The translations under genes were made by a program, and so were the position numbers. This document shows positions 19,594 to 30,792 of a stretch of DNA of 64,000 nucleotides, in pieces (positions within the stretch are counted from its first letter, which is position 1; the number at the start of each line of letters is the position of its first letter). Location of the stretch: the NCBI GenBank assembly GCA_026415505.1, contig JAOAGY010000009.1:71818-135817 (forward strand), in the 5' to 3' direction. The notes under the pieces are model-generated. The model did no database searches. It worked only from the letters and a program-made list of their open reading frames with translations, and was not told the origin of the DNA. The stretch comes from Chlorobiota bacterium (GTDB lineage Bacteria > Bacteroidota > Ignavibacteria > Kapaibacteriales > NICIL-2).

Positions 19594-20703
19594 ATGCAAC
19601 GCCGTTCACTCTCCAGCGACCGACCGACGCTCTTTGTGGCGATACTGCTGCTCGTTGCCGGTATTGCGTTCGTGTACTCGGCAAGCGCAGAATTCGCCAG
19701 CATCAAACTCGGAGCATCGGAGCGGTTGGTCGTCAACCATAGCATTCGTGTCGCGCTGTCGCTTGCAGCTATGCTTCTGCTGAGCAGGATGGACTACCAT
19801 GTCCTCGTGCAATTGAGCCGCCCGATACTCGTGCTCAGCTTGGTATTGCTGCTTTTTGTACTCGTCGAGGGGACCCAGCTCAAAGGTGCTGTACGGTGGT
19901 TGGAAATCGCCGGTGTCAGCTTGCAGCCTTCCGAGCTGGCAAAGTTTGCGCTCCTGTTCCATTTGTCGGTTCGCATGAGCATTGTGGACGTCGAGCTGTG
20001 GGATTGGAAACGCGGATTTTTGCCACTGGTGGGCTGGGCTGTTGTCGTCGCCGTGCTCGTTGCGTTGCAGCCGAATCTTTCGACCGCTGCGTTGATCTCA
20101 GCGCTGGCATTGATGCTGCTCTTTCTCGGAGGGGCGCGATTGCCTCATGTCGCGACCGTTGCTGTGGCAGGTATCGGAGCGTTGGCGATATATGCCGTCG
20201 GAGCAGAATACCGAATGGAAAGGCTCACAAGCTATTTCGGTCGGGATGGCGGCGAGTCTGTCGAATCGTACCAGCTTCAACAAGCGCTCATCGGCTTCGC
20301 TCGTGGCGGAGTGCTTGGTGTCGGACCTGGACAAAGCAGGCAGCGTGATTTGTTCTTGCCCGAATCTTACGGCGACTTCATCGCGGCTGTGATCGGCGAG
20401 GAATATGGATTGCTCGGTATGGTCGGACTCCTGATCTGCTACGCAGTCATCGTCGCGCGAGGGATCATCATTGCTCGACATGCACCCGATACGCTGGGCT
20501 ATTTGCTCGCATGGGCGATCTCGCTCGTCATCGGTACCTACGCATTGGTCAACATTGCCGTTGGTTGTGGACTCTTGCCGACTACGGGCATTCCGCTGCC
20601 ACTGGTCAGCTACGGAGGCAGCAGCATCGTAGTCACAGCAGCAGCACTGGGCATATTGCTCAACATCAGCCGTCAACGCGTCGGGGGGGACAATCATGCG
20701 TAA
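19594..20703 (+). CDS. ftsW: FtsW/RodA/SpoVE family peptidoglycan glycosyltransferase (probable FtsW)
   Basis: SEDS family signature (PSELAKFALL...), about 10 TM helices. Immediately downstream of murD as in dcw clusters. Confidence 0.85.
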   Translation: MQRRSLSSDRPTLFVAILLLVAGIAFVYSASAEFASIKLGASERLVVNHSIRVALSLAAMLLLSRMDYHVLVQLSRPILVLSLVLLLFVLVEGTQLKGAVRWLEIAGVSLQPSELAKFALLFHLSVRMSIVDVELWDWKRGFLPLVGWAVVVAVLVALQPNLSTAALISALALMLLFLGGARLPHVATVAVAGIGALAIYAVGAEYRMERLTSYFGRDGGESVESYQLQQALIGFARGGVLGVGPGQSRQRDLFLPESYGDFIAAVIGEEYGLLGMVGLLICYAVIVARGIIIARHAPDTLGYLLAWAISLVIGTYALVNIAVGCGLLPTTGIPLPLVSYGGSSIVVTAAALGILLNISRQRVGGDNHA

Positions 20704-23700
20704 TCGTCCGCTTACCCTCGCGGTCGTCTTACAGGCAACGATTGTGAGCATGTCGGCGCAATTGTTGTCATCGTTTCCCGACCGCGATCTCGATCGCTCG
20801 CTACAAGCGACATTGCTCGAAAGCTCACGCCAATTTTTCCGAGCGAACGCAATGCTCGAGCATTCTCTTCCGTCTCGGATCACATCGGTCTTCGAGGCTG
20901 AACCTCAGCTCCGAGCAGCCCGATTGGACATCGAACAAGGGCGATACGATCTCGTGCACGGTCGGCTTCGATTGTATCGGGAGCGCGTTCCTCGTCTGCC
21001 CTTCCGCGCTGAAGCGTACTATCTCGATGGCATTGCATACTTTCAACAGCGACGTTACGAGCAAGCAGCCGATCTCTTCGATTCTGCTGCAGCAATCGCC
21101 GCGTTTCGCTATCAACGAACCAGCGACTCCAGCGATGTCGAACTGCAGCGGCGCTCGCTTTATTGGTCCGCAATCGCATCGGTGCACCATTCAGCCTTCG
21201 AACGCGCCGAACGAACGTTTCGCGACTTGCTCGACCTGCATTCGTCGTACGATGACGATGCATACGTCGGATTGGCTTCGATTGCTGAGTTCAGAGGCGA
21301 TTTTCGGCAAGCGCTGACGTACTACGATAGCGTTCTCGTCGTCGCCCCGGCGGGGGAGCTGGTCGCAGTCGCACATCTCCGCGCAGCGCAGCAATTGATA
21401 CTCCTTCGCCAGCCACGTCGAGCACTGCAGCGACTGTCAGCCGCCGAGCAAACGATCGCCGCCGCGACAGGACAGCAGCTTCCACCCCATGCACGCGCAG
21501 TGCTTGAACTTCTCACTGCCGAAGCACTGCTTCAAGTGGGGCAATACCAACAAGCGATCGAACGGTATCGGGCAGTAATTGCGCAGCACGATGCGTCACC
21601 GCTTCTGCGCTGGCAAGCTTACCTGGGTATCGGATGGGCAGAATTGAATCAGAAACACGAGTCCGAAGCGATCGCCGCATACCGAGTCGTCATAGACTCC
21701 GTCAACGACCTGCTTTCCCTTCAACGAGCGCAGGCACAGCTCTTTACCGCGGTTGCAATTGCACGCAGCGGCGATGTACTCACAGCAATCGAACGATTCG
21801 ACGCACTCATCACCGACGAGCAATACCCTCTGCGTTCTCAAGCGATGATCGAACGCGGACAAATCGAGTACGAACGGGGACAGTTTACAACTGCGGCTGC
21901 GCTCTTCGAACGCGCATATCGAAGCGCGAACAATCCAGCGACGATGATCCGCGCGTTAGCGCTGCGCGCCCGAACCGAGTTCGATATGCAGCATTGGTCG
22001 GCTGCGGTGCGCCTTTGGAACGACCTCGCCTCACTGGCTCATCGGATAGACTCGACGACCGTTCCCAATGTTGGCTTGCTCATCGCCGACGCACTGTTGT
22101 TTCGCGGTATTGCCACTTGCAACGAGTCCCGCTATGCCGAAGCGATTGCAGATTTGGGTCAATTCGTCGCTCGATATCGCAGCCATCCTCGCCGCGATGA
22201 AGGATTGCTCTGGCTGGCTGAATCCTACGAACGAGCCAACATGGTCGAAAACGCAGCCGATGCTCTACAGCAATTGCTCGATGCGTATCCCAATTCGCGC
22301 TATCGCGAGGAGGCACTCTACAATCTCGGTTGGGCACAGTTCCGTTTGCGACGGTTCGCGGATGCGACAGTAATATTCGACCGTCTCTTGAGCGAATTTC
22401 CTCGTAGTCGCTATGCGATGGATGTCACACTTCGTAAAGCCGACATCGCATACCTGTCGAAAAAATACGCCGATGCCGCGCGATTGTACCGACAGGTTGC
22501 CAAAGCGACGCCGACAAGCGATGACGGCGAATACGCAAGTTTCCAGATCGGACAATCCCTTTACCGTCTGGGTGACTACAACAACGCGGCAGAACAATTC
22601 CGCAGCTTCGTACGAACATTTCCCGAATCGGCGATCGCCGACGACGCGCTCTACAATATCGCGTGGATACGCATGCTCCAAGGACGATGGTCCGATGCCA
22701 CGACGATGCTGGAGACGTTGCTGCGTTCGTACAGCCAAAGCGAACTTGCCCCCTATGCACGTTTCTACATCGCGCAGTGTGCCTACAACAGCGGTCAGTA
22801 CGTCCGCGCCATAGACTTGTATCGGCAGTTTTTGGCTGACTATCCTTCCAGCTCGCTCGCGGGACAAGCGATCGAAGCGATCCAAGATGCATACATCAAT
22901 CTCGGACAAGATTCGCTCGCCATCGAAGTCGCTCGCGAATTTGTCGAGAAAAATCCTGCATCGGAACAAAGCGCACAGGTGCTGTTGCGCACGACCGATA
23001 TCTTCGTTCGCGACCGCAACTACGAAGCAGCCATACGGGAATACGAACGATTTCTCGAACAATACCCCGACAGTCGGCATGTGCCCGAAGCGCTCTACGG
23101 GTTGCTCAAGAGCGCACTGGCTATCGGGCATCAGGAACAGGCTGAACGAGTGCTGACTCGTCTGGAGCAACAATATCCGAATAGCGAATTCACCGAGCTT
23201 GCCTTGCTCGATGTCGCTTCGGCACTGGCTGATCGTGCCTTCACCCAACGCGCCGATTCGCTATTTGCCATCATCATGAATCGTTATCCCGGCGGACAAA
23301 GTTTTGCAAAAGCTGCATTCGAGCGCGGACGATTGGCACTTGCGCGAGGAGATACAGCAACGGCGATCGCTCTCTTGCGGAGTGCATCTGCCGCACAAGG
23401 CGAATACGCCTACCAAGCACGCTACCGTCTCGGCATGTGGTATCGCGATCGCGCCCAAAACGACAGTGCGCGTGCGATGTTCCGGGCAATCATTGCCTAC
23501 ACCGACAATCCAACGCTTGCGGCAGAGTCCGCCTACCGAATCGCCGAGCTATGGCAACGCGAGGGCAACTGTGCCGCCGCAGCCGATACGTTTGCGCTCG
23601 TACTCGACCGATTCGAAGGAATCGAAGATTGGTATTCACTGTCGTTACTGGGTCTGGCTGAATGCTCCGAGGTTCTCGGCAACATCGACAAAGCACGCCA

Positions 23701-23791
23701 GCTCTACCAGACACTGATGATTCTGCGACCGGACGATGATTACGGTCGCACTGCCGCTGCACGACGACGACGATTGGAGAAGCGCCGATGA
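20696..23791 (+). CDS. large secreted tetratricopeptide-repeat protein (1031 aa)
   Basis: Signal peptide (MRNRPLTLAVVLQATIVSMSAQ), then TPR-like repeats along the whole length (YbgF/CpoB-like repeats, much longer). Start overlaps the ftsW stop by 8 nt. Confidence 0.6.
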   Translation: MRNRPLTLAVVLQATIVSMSAQLLSSFPDRDLDRSLQATLLESSRQFFRANAMLEHSLPSRITSVFEAEPQLRAARLDIEQGRYDLVHGRLRLYRERVPRLPFRAEAYYLDGIAYFQQRRYEQAADLFDSAAAIAAFRYQRTSDSSDVELQRRSLYWSAIASVHHSAFERAERTFRDLLDLHSSYDDDAYVGLASIAEFRGDFRQALTYYDSVLVVAPAGELVAVAHLRAAQQLILLRQPRRALQRLSAAEQTIAAATGQQLPPHARAVLELLTAEALLQVGQYQQAIERYRAVIAQHDASPLLRWQAYLGIGWAELNQKHESEAIAAYRVVIDSVNDLLSLQRAQAQLFTAVAIARSGDVLTAIERFDALITDEQYPLRSQAMIERGQIEYERGQFTTAAALFERAYRSANNPATMIRALALRARTEFDMQHWSAAVRLWNDLASLAHRIDSTTVPNVGLLIADALLFRGIATCNESRYAEAIADLGQFVARYRSHPRRDEGLLWLAESYERANMVENAADALQQLLDAYPNSRYREEALYNLGWAQFRLRRFADATVIFDRLLSEFPRSRYAMDVTLRKADIAYLSKKYADAARLYRQVAKATPTSDDGEYASFQIGQSLYRLGDYNNAAEQFRSFVRTFPESAIADDALYNIAWIRMLQGRWSDATTMLETLLRSYSQSELAPYARFYIAQCAYNSGQYVRAIDLYRQFLADYPSSSLAGQAIEAIQDAYINLGQDSLAIEVAREFVEKNPASEQSAQVLLRTTDIFVRDRNYEAAIREYERFLEQYPDSRHVPEALYGLLKSALAIGHQEQAERVLTRLEQQYPNSEFTELALLDVASALADRAFTQRADSLFAIIMNRYPGGQSFAKAAFERGRLALARGDTATAIALLRSASAAQGEYAYQARYRLGMWYRDRAQNDSARAMFRAIIAYTDNPTLAAESAYRIAELWQREGNCAAAADTFALVLDRFEGIEDWYSLSLLGLAECSEVLGNIDKARQLYQTLMILRPDDDYGRTAAARRRRLEKRR

Positions 23792-25380
23792 ACTACCGCA
23801 TACCAATCCGGCTGCTTGTGCCGTTGATAACGATCGCAGCTCTTGCGCAGCAGCAGCGCGACGGCGAACCGATCGACTTCATGACAATTGTCATCGAGGG
23901 CAAAGAATCGCTGCACCTTCCCAAAAGCCTCGTCAAACAGCCGCCGCAGTTACCGCCTCCCTATCACCGCAGCGAACTCGACAGTATCAACCCGCTGGAG
24001 AAAGTACCGCTCTTCCGAAGCGAACCGCTCGAATATCCGCGTCAGATCGTCGCCAGAGATAGCACTGTCGCGGCACTGACCGCTTCTGCGGGACTGTACG
24101 GCTTTGCGACGTTGTCGGGGCAGTATGCAACACATCTCGATCGCTATACATTCGACCTCGACGGATTGCTCGATCGCGGCGGTGCGTATCTACCGAATGC
24201 CGACTATTTCCGCACTCGTTTCCGCATCGTCGCCCGCACAGTACACGATGCACTGCAAACTGTCCAACCTACGAGCGGTAGCGGTGCCCTCGATGTCGAG
24301 ACACGAACCTACAGTCTGTTTGCTCTCCCAATGGCGCCGGAGCGAAGTAGCCGAACGATTCGTTTCAATCTAACGCAGAACGCAGCGATCGGCACTGCAC
24401 CGATGGAGGCAGCACTCAATATCGGCACGACGCGTTTGCAGTACAGCGACTCCGGGCGCACCGACGAAAGCGAACTCGGCGGACGTTTCACCCTCGATCC
24501 ATTGCGTATCGGTAGTGTCCAATTAGGTTTTTCTGCCGATGCGAGTTTCCGTAATTACCGAGCGACACCGATTCACTTCCATACGCTTGCTGCTCGGGGT
24601 ATCTACGGCGACTCAGCCCTTTCACTGACAGCACAGCTCGGCGGTCAGCTCGCGACAACCTCCCGACGTACGACGGAATTTGCACCCTTGCTCCATTTCC
24701 GCACCGAATGGCGTACCACCGATGCAATGACGCTCGATGCCGAGCTCACAAGCGGCATGGAGCCGGTCCGCTTCGGCGATATGCTTTCGGCGTGTCCCTA
24801 CATCACCGATACCGCTGCAATCGCAGTGCGTACAATCGGCTACCGCATTGCGACAAATGCAACATACACTCCGACGACGCGTCTCCGAATAACGCTTGGA
24901 TTGGGCATCGCATCGCTTACAAGTGCGCCGTACTGGGAGTCGCTAATCGCATCGGCTACGTTTGCCCCAATCTACCGAGCCCAGTCAGAGCGTAACGTCC
25001 ACATCCGCGGGTGGTACCAGTACACACCGTTCGACATTTTCACTGCCGAAATCACCTACAATGACGTACGACTCGACAACGGACGCCGCGCACCATACCA
25101 ACCGCTTCTGCGAGCCTCCATCGAGTACGGTCGGATACTGACCGAACGGTTCACTGTGAGCGCACGAATTGGTTACGTCTCGTCTCGGAGAACCTCCGCA
25201 TTGACCGATGAAGAGATACCTGCCTATCTTGCAATCGCTGGTCGCGCGGAGTATCGGTTGAACGACGTAATTGGATTGACCGCAACAGTGGACAATCTTG
25301 CCAGCAGCACGATCGAACTTTGGCGCGGCTACCGTGAGCGTGGTAGTTTTGTCTCCATCGGTGCCGTCGTACGATTCTAA
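23788..25380 (+). CDS. predicted outer-membrane beta-barrel protein (hypothetical)
   Basis: Signal peptide, alternating amphipathic beta-strand-like segments, and a C-terminal aromatic residue (...SIGAVVRF) typical of OMP barrels. Start overlaps the upstream stop (ATGA). Confidence 0.45.
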   Translation: MNYRIPIRLLVPLITIAALAQQQRDGEPIDFMTIVIEGKESLHLPKSLVKQPPQLPPPYHRSELDSINPLEKVPLFRSEPLEYPRQIVARDSTVAALTASAGLYGFATLSGQYATHLDRYTFDLDGLLDRGGAYLPNADYFRTRFRIVARTVHDALQTVQPTSGSGALDVETRTYSLFALPMAPERSSRTIRFNLTQNAAIGTAPMEAALNIGTTRLQYSDSGRTDESELGGRFTLDPLRIGSVQLGFSADASFRNYRATPIHFHTLAARGIYGDSALSLTAQLGGQLATTSRRTTEFAPLLHFRTEWRTTDAMTLDAELTSGMEPVRFGDMLSACPYITDTAAIAVRTIGYRIATNATYTPTTRLRITLGLGIASLTSAPYWESLIASATFAPIYRAQSERNVHIRGWYQYTPFDIFTAEITYNDVRLDNGRRAPYQPLLRASIEYGRILTERFTVSARIGYVSSRRTSALTDEEIPAYLAIAGRAEYRLNDVIGLTATVDNLASSTIELWRGYRERGSFVSIGAVVRF

Positions 25381-25396
25381 CTTCGATTTGCCGGCG

Positions 25397-26497
25397 ATGC
25401 ACGAAGGCATACTCGACGCACTCGAATCTCTCTCTGCAGACTATGCCGCTCCGAGCCGTGAGGAGGAGCATTTCCAGCTCGACCGACTCGACCGCTATCC
25501 TGGTCGCTTACCTTTTTCGCCGACTGTCGAGGCAGTAACGTCCGAATCACCAGGCGAGGCACTGCGAATCTCCTCCGCTTTAGCATCCGTACTTGCCGAG
25601 GACATCGAACGGGGGAAATCAGCTCGCGGCGTTGTTACCGACGACCCTCTCGACCGGCTCGCTCAACAGTTGGATGAAGTACACCCTCTCATCGAGGCTG
25701 AGCCAATCGCAAGCGAGCCGACAATCGAGAGCTCACCGATCGAGGATTTGCCGATAGAAGACGAGACGACACCACAACAACCTCAGCCAGCAACCACCGA
25801 GCCTCAGACGCCGAAATCGTCGCGCAGGCGCGGCCGGTACGCCCTGTTGATCGGCATCCTCGTCATCGCCACAGCGAGCATCATCGTCATTGCTCCACGC
25901 ATCGCATCACATCGAACACCGGTACAGCAACCGACAGCGACAACAACTGAGCTGATGACAACTCGAACGCCGAGTAAGCTCTCGGCTACTGCCAGTGTGG
26001 ATACACCCACATCCCGCGACACCACATCGCACACGGATGTTACGCAGAAAGCAATACCGCTCGATTCACACCGCACATCACCTGCTACAGAGCATAGCGA
26101 TCGCGCTGCTCAATCACACTCATTGGATCGCTCGCCGCTTCCGACGATCGTCAAGAACCGGACCGCAACGCGCCGAAATCAGATCGCAGATGTATCGGCT
26201 GAAAGCAACACCGAATCGGTAACGATCGTGAAGCCTCCAAGTCTGGAGTACCCTGTAGGCAAGGCACTTTTTACTCTGCAAGTCTGTTCGACGCCATCGT
26301 ATAGCGAAGCGACACGGTGGAAGCAACTGTTACAGCAGAATGGAAAGTTCGACGTAACGATCGTCGAGCGACGAATCCGTGATGGCATCTATTATCGCGT
26401 TCGAGCAGGGTTGTTTCGTTCGGAAGCGGAAGCTCGGCGCGCCGCCGTTGAACTCGGTTTGAATCCTGCGGCAGTGTGGATTGTGCGCATCGAGTAG
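25397..26497 (+). CDS. SPOR domain-containing protein (FtsN/DedD-like septal peptidoglycan binding)
   Basis: Acidic N-terminus, a Pro/Glu/Thr-rich low-complexity linker, one TM helix (RYALLIGILVIATASIIVIAP) and a C-terminal SPOR-like domain (FTLQVCSTPSYSEATRWKQLL...YYRVRAGLFRSEAEARRAAVELG). ATG at 25397 within ORF 25298..26497. Confidence 0.6.
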   Translation: MHEGILDALESLSADYAAPSREEEHFQLDRLDRYPGRLPFSPTVEAVTSESPGEALRISSALASVLAEDIERGKSARGVVTDDPLDRLAQQLDEVHPLIEAEPIASEPTIESSPIEDLPIEDETTPQQPQPATTEPQTPKSSRRRGRYALLIGILVIATASIIVIAPRIASHRTPVQQPTATTTELMTTRTPSKLSATASVDTPTSRDTTSHTDVTQKAIPLDSHRTSPATEHSDRAAQSHSLDRSPLPTIVKNRTATRRNQIADVSAESNTESVTIVKPPSLEYPVGKALFTLQVCSTPSYSEATRWKQLLQQNGKFDVTIVERRIRDGIYYRVRAGLFRSEAEARRAAVELGLNPAAVWIVRIE

Positions 26498-26538
26498 CGA
26501 GCAATTTTCCATTGGCACATGCGTACATATACCTCGAC

Positions 26539-27333
26539 ATGAAACGCTCGATCGAACAATACCCATCGCTGGAATTACGAGTGCGAATTCCATGGGATAG
26601 CAACACTGCGATAGGATTCGCAGCGTCGCTGGTATTGTTGGGATTGCTCGCGTTGTTGGTATGGTTTATTCCGACACCTTCGCAGAAGCCCTCGACACTT
26701 CCATACGAAGTACTGGCGACCATCACATTCGGTGATGGCGACGGCACGGGAAGAAGCAAAGGGAATCTCTCGCCGGAAGGACTCGCATATCGCTCACACC
26801 GCACAGCTCAGCAATTGGCTGATGCAGCGAACGCATCCCGGCGCCGAGCACGCACGTCGAAAAAAATACGAGCAGTACAAGATGGCGGAAAATTCGTCTC
26901 GATTTCGCAGCGTGAGGTGCAACGACCATCGAGGCGAGACACTGCAGACGCACGAGAGAAATCCAGCGGTACTGCCGAGCGCTCCATCGGCGATCGCGAC
27001 GGCAGCCCAGAAGGAAGCGGACGCGGAACGAAAGGTTCCGGTGCTGGTAGCGGACTCGGTTTCGGTGACATCGAATGGGGTGGCGGCGGTAGCGCTATCG
27101 TCGTCCGAAAGGTTATACCCTCAGCGCCGGAAAATCTCTCTCGATCGACAATAGTCAAGCTGCGTTTTACAGTTTCGCCCGGAGGCGATGTCATAGATAT
27201 CCGCCCCCTTGTGCGAGGCATTCCGGAAGCAGAAGCCGCAGCGATCCGCGCATTACGACAGTGGCGCTTCAGACCGCTGGCGAGTGACACCCCCGTCGTC
27301 GGTATCATCACCTTCCGTTTCGACGTCAACTGA
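26539..27333 (+). CDS. TonB/TolA-like energy-transducer family protein (C-terminal TonB_C-like domain)
   Basis: N-terminal TM helix, Gly/Ser/Arg-rich linker, and a C-terminal domain (...VKLRFTVSPGGDVIDIRPLVRGIPEAEAAAIRALRQWRFRP...) resembling the TonB C-terminal domain. No ExbBD/TolQR adjacent. ATG at 26539. Confidence 0.55.
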   Translation: MKRSIEQYPSLELRVRIPWDSNTAIGFAASLVLLGLLALLVWFIPTPSQKPSTLPYEVLATITFGDGDGTGRSKGNLSPEGLAYRSHRTAQQLADAANASRRRARTSKKIRAVQDGGKFVSISQREVQRPSRRDTADAREKSSGTAERSIGDRDGSPEGSGRGTKGSGAGSGLGFGDIEWGGGGSAIVVRKVIPSAPENLSRSTIVKLRFTVSPGGDVIDIRPLVRGIPEAEAAAIRALRQWRFRPLASDTPVVGIITFRFDVN

Positions 27334-28790
27334 TGCCTGCGGAGCAATCTGCCGCGAAACTCTACGCCCGCGCCAGCGGTGCTGTTCTCCTCGGTCAACT
27401 TGCGTACTACGCGGTGTACTTGTGGGGAATGCGCCTGATACTGAGTACCCTACCGAAGGGCGAGAATGGATTGCTCACGTACGTCCAACAGTGGACAAGC
27501 GCAGTGCTCTCGATCGCGATGCTGAACGGATACAACACACTCATCATCAAACGCCTTCGGAGCGAGTCGAATGCGATCGAATTGTTCTCGACCGTCGTCA
27601 CGCTCCGTGCGTTGATAGGTGCAGCGGTGTCGTTGGTTTTGGCAGTGACCCTTTCTTTTGTCGGCGAAGTTCCGTACACCACCACCCTGGTCGCTTCTCT
27701 TGCTACACTCGTTCTCAGCCGCGGGATGGCTCTTCGCTCGACATTCGAGCTGCCCTTCCACGCACGCATGCGCTTCGAGCTTCCAGCCGCACTCAATATC
27801 CTCGACATTGTGTTGATCGTAACGCTTCTGTGGTGGTACCGTAGCGGACTCGACGCCGCCACTGTCTTGGCGATACAAGCGATTGGGGCATTGCCCGGTT
27901 TTGTCGCTTTGATCGCCCTGACTTGGAAAGACGGTGTATTCCGCGTCCGACTCAGTAAGCAAGCTCTCGGCACACTTCTCGGCAATACTGGGTGGCTCGG
28001 TACAACCGCGATCTTCATTTATGCCCATATGCTGTTGGATGTGACATTGCTCGACCTGGTCGGTAATCGCACAATGGTCGGTATCTTCGGTGCAGCAAGC
28101 TCTGCGTCACTGCCGATGAGCATATTGCAGGGCATCGTCTGGTCGCCGCTCATACCACTGTTGAGCCAGAGATTGCTGGCTGCACATAGAGAAGCTCATG
28201 CCGATATGGAGCGCGTCTTTCGATTGGCAACCGTGGCGATCGTGCTCGCAGGCTGCATCATGGCTGCTGCTATGCCCTTCATCATCGGATTGCTTACCAA
28301 CGGTGCGTATGCCGATCACACACTGGAATTTTTGCTCCAGCTATGGGCACTCAGCTTCAGCGCTATCGTCTTCGGTGTTCAGCATTATGCATCGCTTGTG
28401 GAGCGATACCGTATCGCCGCCATCACGTCGGCACTGTTGGTGGTCGGTTCGGTAGTCTTCGATTGGTGGCTAATCGGTACGTTGGGAACACAGGGAATTT
28501 TCGTGGCGAAGGTTCTCTCTCACGTGCTGGCGATAACGTGTGCAGCAGTGATGTTTCGGCGCGATGGCTACGAGCGCATCACGATCGCACTCGCCAGATC
28601 GGGAATCTGGATCGGCGTCACCGGTCCACTGATCGGTCTTGCTTCGATACACCTCGATAACGTGATGGCTCGGCTTATCGCGATGGTTGGAATTGCTGTC
28701 ATGGCAGCAGTCGCTACCGGCGCAATTCGGACAGACGACCGCAGATTCATAGCGCGTTTTATTCGGAGCTACCGTACCGCTCGAGCGTGA
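27333..28790 (+). CDS. MOP-superfamily flippase (Wzx-like polysaccharide biosynthesis protein), 485 aa
   Basis: About 12-14 TM helices and the general Wzx/PST family architecture. Not MurJ-like: it lacks the MurJ N-terminal Arg pattern. Start overlaps the upstream stop (TGATG 27331-27335). Confidence 0.55.
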   Translation: MPAEQSAAKLYARASGAVLLGQLAYYAVYLWGMRLILSTLPKGENGLLTYVQQWTSAVLSIAMLNGYNTLIIKRLRSESNAIELFSTVVTLRALIGAAVSLVLAVTLSFVGEVPYTTTLVASLATLVLSRGMALRSTFELPFHARMRFELPAALNILDIVLIVTLLWWYRSGLDAATVLAIQAIGALPGFVALIALTWKDGVFRVRLSKQALGTLLGNTGWLGTTAIFIYAHMLLDVTLLDLVGNRTMVGIFGAASSASLPMSILQGIVWSPLIPLLSQRLLAAHREAHADMERVFRLATVAIVLAGCIMAAAMPFIIGLLTNGAYADHTLEFLLQLWALSFSAIVFGVQHYASLVERYRIAAITSALLVVGSVVFDWWLIGTLGTQGIFVAKVLSHVLAITCAAVMFRRDGYERITIALARSGIWIGVTGPLIGLASIHLDNVMARLIAMVGIAVMAAVATGAIRTDDRRFIARFIRSYRTARA

Positions 28791-29511
28791 AGTGCTGACC
28801 CAAGTAGAGCCGCCGTACATCGGGATTGTCTGCGATCTCTTCCGGCGTGCCGGCACAAAAGACTCGCCCCTCGATAAGGATGTACGCTCTGTCGGTAATG
28901 GAGAGCGTTTCGTGGACATTGTGATCGGTAATGAGCACACCGATGTTACGTTCCTTGAGCCGCCGCACCATTGTCATGATGTCCTCGACCGCAATCGGAT
29001 CGATTCCGGCGAACGGTTCGTCCAGCAGAACAAATCGGGGATTGGCAGCCAATGCTCGTGCGATCTCCGTTCGGCGTCGTTCGCCACCGGAGAGCATGTA
29101 GCCTTTGCTTTTGCGGATATGTGCTATGCCGAATTCTTCCAAAAGCTGTTCGAGTCGTTGCCGGCGTTGCTGGCGTGGGATCGGTTGCAATTGCAGCACA
29201 GCAAGAATGTTCTGTTCGACCGTCAACCGCCGAAAAATCGAGGGCTCCTGCGGTAGATACGCAATACCCATTCGGGCGCGCTTGTACATGGGAAAGTAGG
29301 TAATATCTCGTCCATCGAGCAGCACCCTTCCTCCGTCGGGGCGAATCATGCCGACGATCATGTAGAACGAGGTCGTTTTCCCTGCTCCGTTCGGACCGAG
29401 CAACCCCACGCACTCTCCTTGACGAACAGCGTAACTGGCTCCCTGCACAACTGCGCGCTTTTTGTACACTTTCACCAGCTCATGTGCTTCGAGAATGCTT
29501 CGGTGTTCCAT
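28759..29511 (-). CDS. lptB: LPS export ABC transporter ATP-binding protein LptB
   Basis: Walker [13 protein letters not shown] signature LSGGERRR, Walker [11 protein letters not shown]. Size and sequence are typical of LptB. Confidence 0.85.
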   Translation of the reverse strand: MEHRSILEAHELVKVYKKRAVVQGASYAVRQGECVGLLGPNGAGKTTSFYMIVGMIRPDGGRVLLDGRDITYFPMYKRARMGIAYLPQEPSIFRRLTVEQNILAVLQLQPIPRQQRRQRLEQLLEEFGIAHIRKSKGYMLSGGERRRTEIARALAANPRFVLLDEPFAGIDPIAVEDIMTMVRRLKERNIGVLITDHNVHETLSITDRAYILIEGRVFCAGTPEEIADNPDVRRLYLGQHFTLERYGSSE

Positions 29512-29531
29512 GCCAGCAATCGGAGCGTGCG

Positions 29532-30734
29532 TTATGGACGACGTTCGAGAACGAGCGACTTGGTGACAAGCCGGCCGTCTCGCTCCAGGACGATCTTGAG
29601 AGTTTGCCCTACTGTACCATCGTTGATCGCTACGTCGAGGTCGTCACGTGTATGGATAGGTACTCCGTCAATTTCGACGATAATATCGCCCGGCTCGATA
29701 CCAGCTTTGTCAGCAGGAGAATTTCGTGCAACCTGCGTAACGATCACTCCCTCGTCGCGATCGGTCCGATAGGTGCGTTTGTACTCGTCGGAGAGAAAAT
29801 CCACCGTCAATCCGGTATAAAAATTCCGGTCGAGCTGTTGACCGTTTTTGAGAAGCGTGACGATCCGCTTGACCCGGTTGATCGGAATCGCAAATCCGAT
29901 ACCTATCGAGCCAGCACCTTGGTACGACGTCGCTGTCGAGAAGATGATCGTATTGACGCCGATCACATCGCCGTTTGCATTGACGAGCGGACCCCCGGAA
30001 TTGCCCGAACTGATCGCTGCATCGGTCTGGATCATCCCGCGATAGATCCGCTTCCCGTTCGGAACATCAGGGGATGATTCGACCAAGTTGACACCGACAT
30101 TGCTGACCACACCCAATGTCACTGTCGGCTTTGCGTTGCGATCGAACAAACCGAATGGGTTGCCGAACGCGATCGCCCACTCGCCGACCATGACATCGTC
30201 GGAATTGCCGAGCCGGAGATACGGCAAGTTGTCTCCTTTGATCTTCAGCAGTGCGACGTCGGTAACTGGATCGCTGCCGATGATTTCAGCATCGTACTTT
30301 TTGCCACCGACGGTGGTAACGACAATCTTGGTTGCACGACCGGCAACGTGATCGTTGGTGACGATGTAACCATCAGGAGAAATGATGAACCCCGAACCGA
30401 GAGAACGAAGCTGTTGACGCTGACGGAACTGTGGAATGTCACGAAAGAAGTATCGAAAGAACGGGTCGTTCGCAAAAAAATCGCTGAACGGGCTGCTGAC
30501 AATTTCGCGAACTTCGATCACGTTGATCCCGACTATCGCAGGCGAACAGCGAGCAGCGACCTCGGAAATCACCGTGCGACGTGAGTTGTCAATCGCGGCT
30601 GTTGCCGAAACGGTCGAACGATTCGATGACTCCTCGTAGAGCGGATGTTCCGACGACCGGTGCGCATTACAACTGGTCGCGATACCGATTACCGATAGAA
30701 GAACCAGTCCAACGGTAAACACTGCTTTGTTCAT
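29532..30734 (-). CDS. htrA: HtrA/DegP-family periplasmic serine protease with PDZ domain
   Basis: Trypsin-like catalytic motifs (TNDHV, GNSGGPL) and a C-terminal PDZ (...[29 protein letters not shown]...). Signal peptide [22 protein letters not shown] chosen at M8 of the ORF. Confidence 0.85.
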   Translation of the reverse strand: MNKAVFTVGLVLLSVIGIATSCNAHRSSEHPLYEESSNRSTVSATAAIDNSRRTVISEVAARCSPAIVGINVIEVREIVSSPFSDFFANDPFFRYFFRDIPQFRQRQQLRSLGSGFIISPDGYIVTNDHVAGRATKIVVTTVGGKKYDAEIIGSDPVTDVALLKIKGDNLPYLRLGNSDDVMVGEWAIAFGNPFGLFDRNAKPTVTLGVVSNVGVNLVESSPDVPNGKRIYRGMIQTDAAISSGNSGGPLVNANGDVIGVNTIIFSTATSYQGAGSIGIGFAIPINRVKRIVTLLKNGQQLDRNFYTGLTVDFLSDEYKRTYRTDRDEGVIVTQVARNSPADKAGIEPGDIIVEIDGVPIHTRDDLDVAINDGTVGQTLKIVLERDGRLVTKSLVLERRP

Positions 30735-30792
30735 AGCTCTGCATCGGTGATGCAACAGTACGCCTCAAACGAATGCTACCGACGAATTATTG

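Noticed and set aside
25700-25790. Short tandem-like repetition (CCGATCGAG / CCGATAGAAG) encoding PIE(D) repeats in the SPOR protein linker
   Set aside because: Low-complexity Pro/Glu linker typical of SPOR/FtsN-like proteins. Not a separate genetic element.
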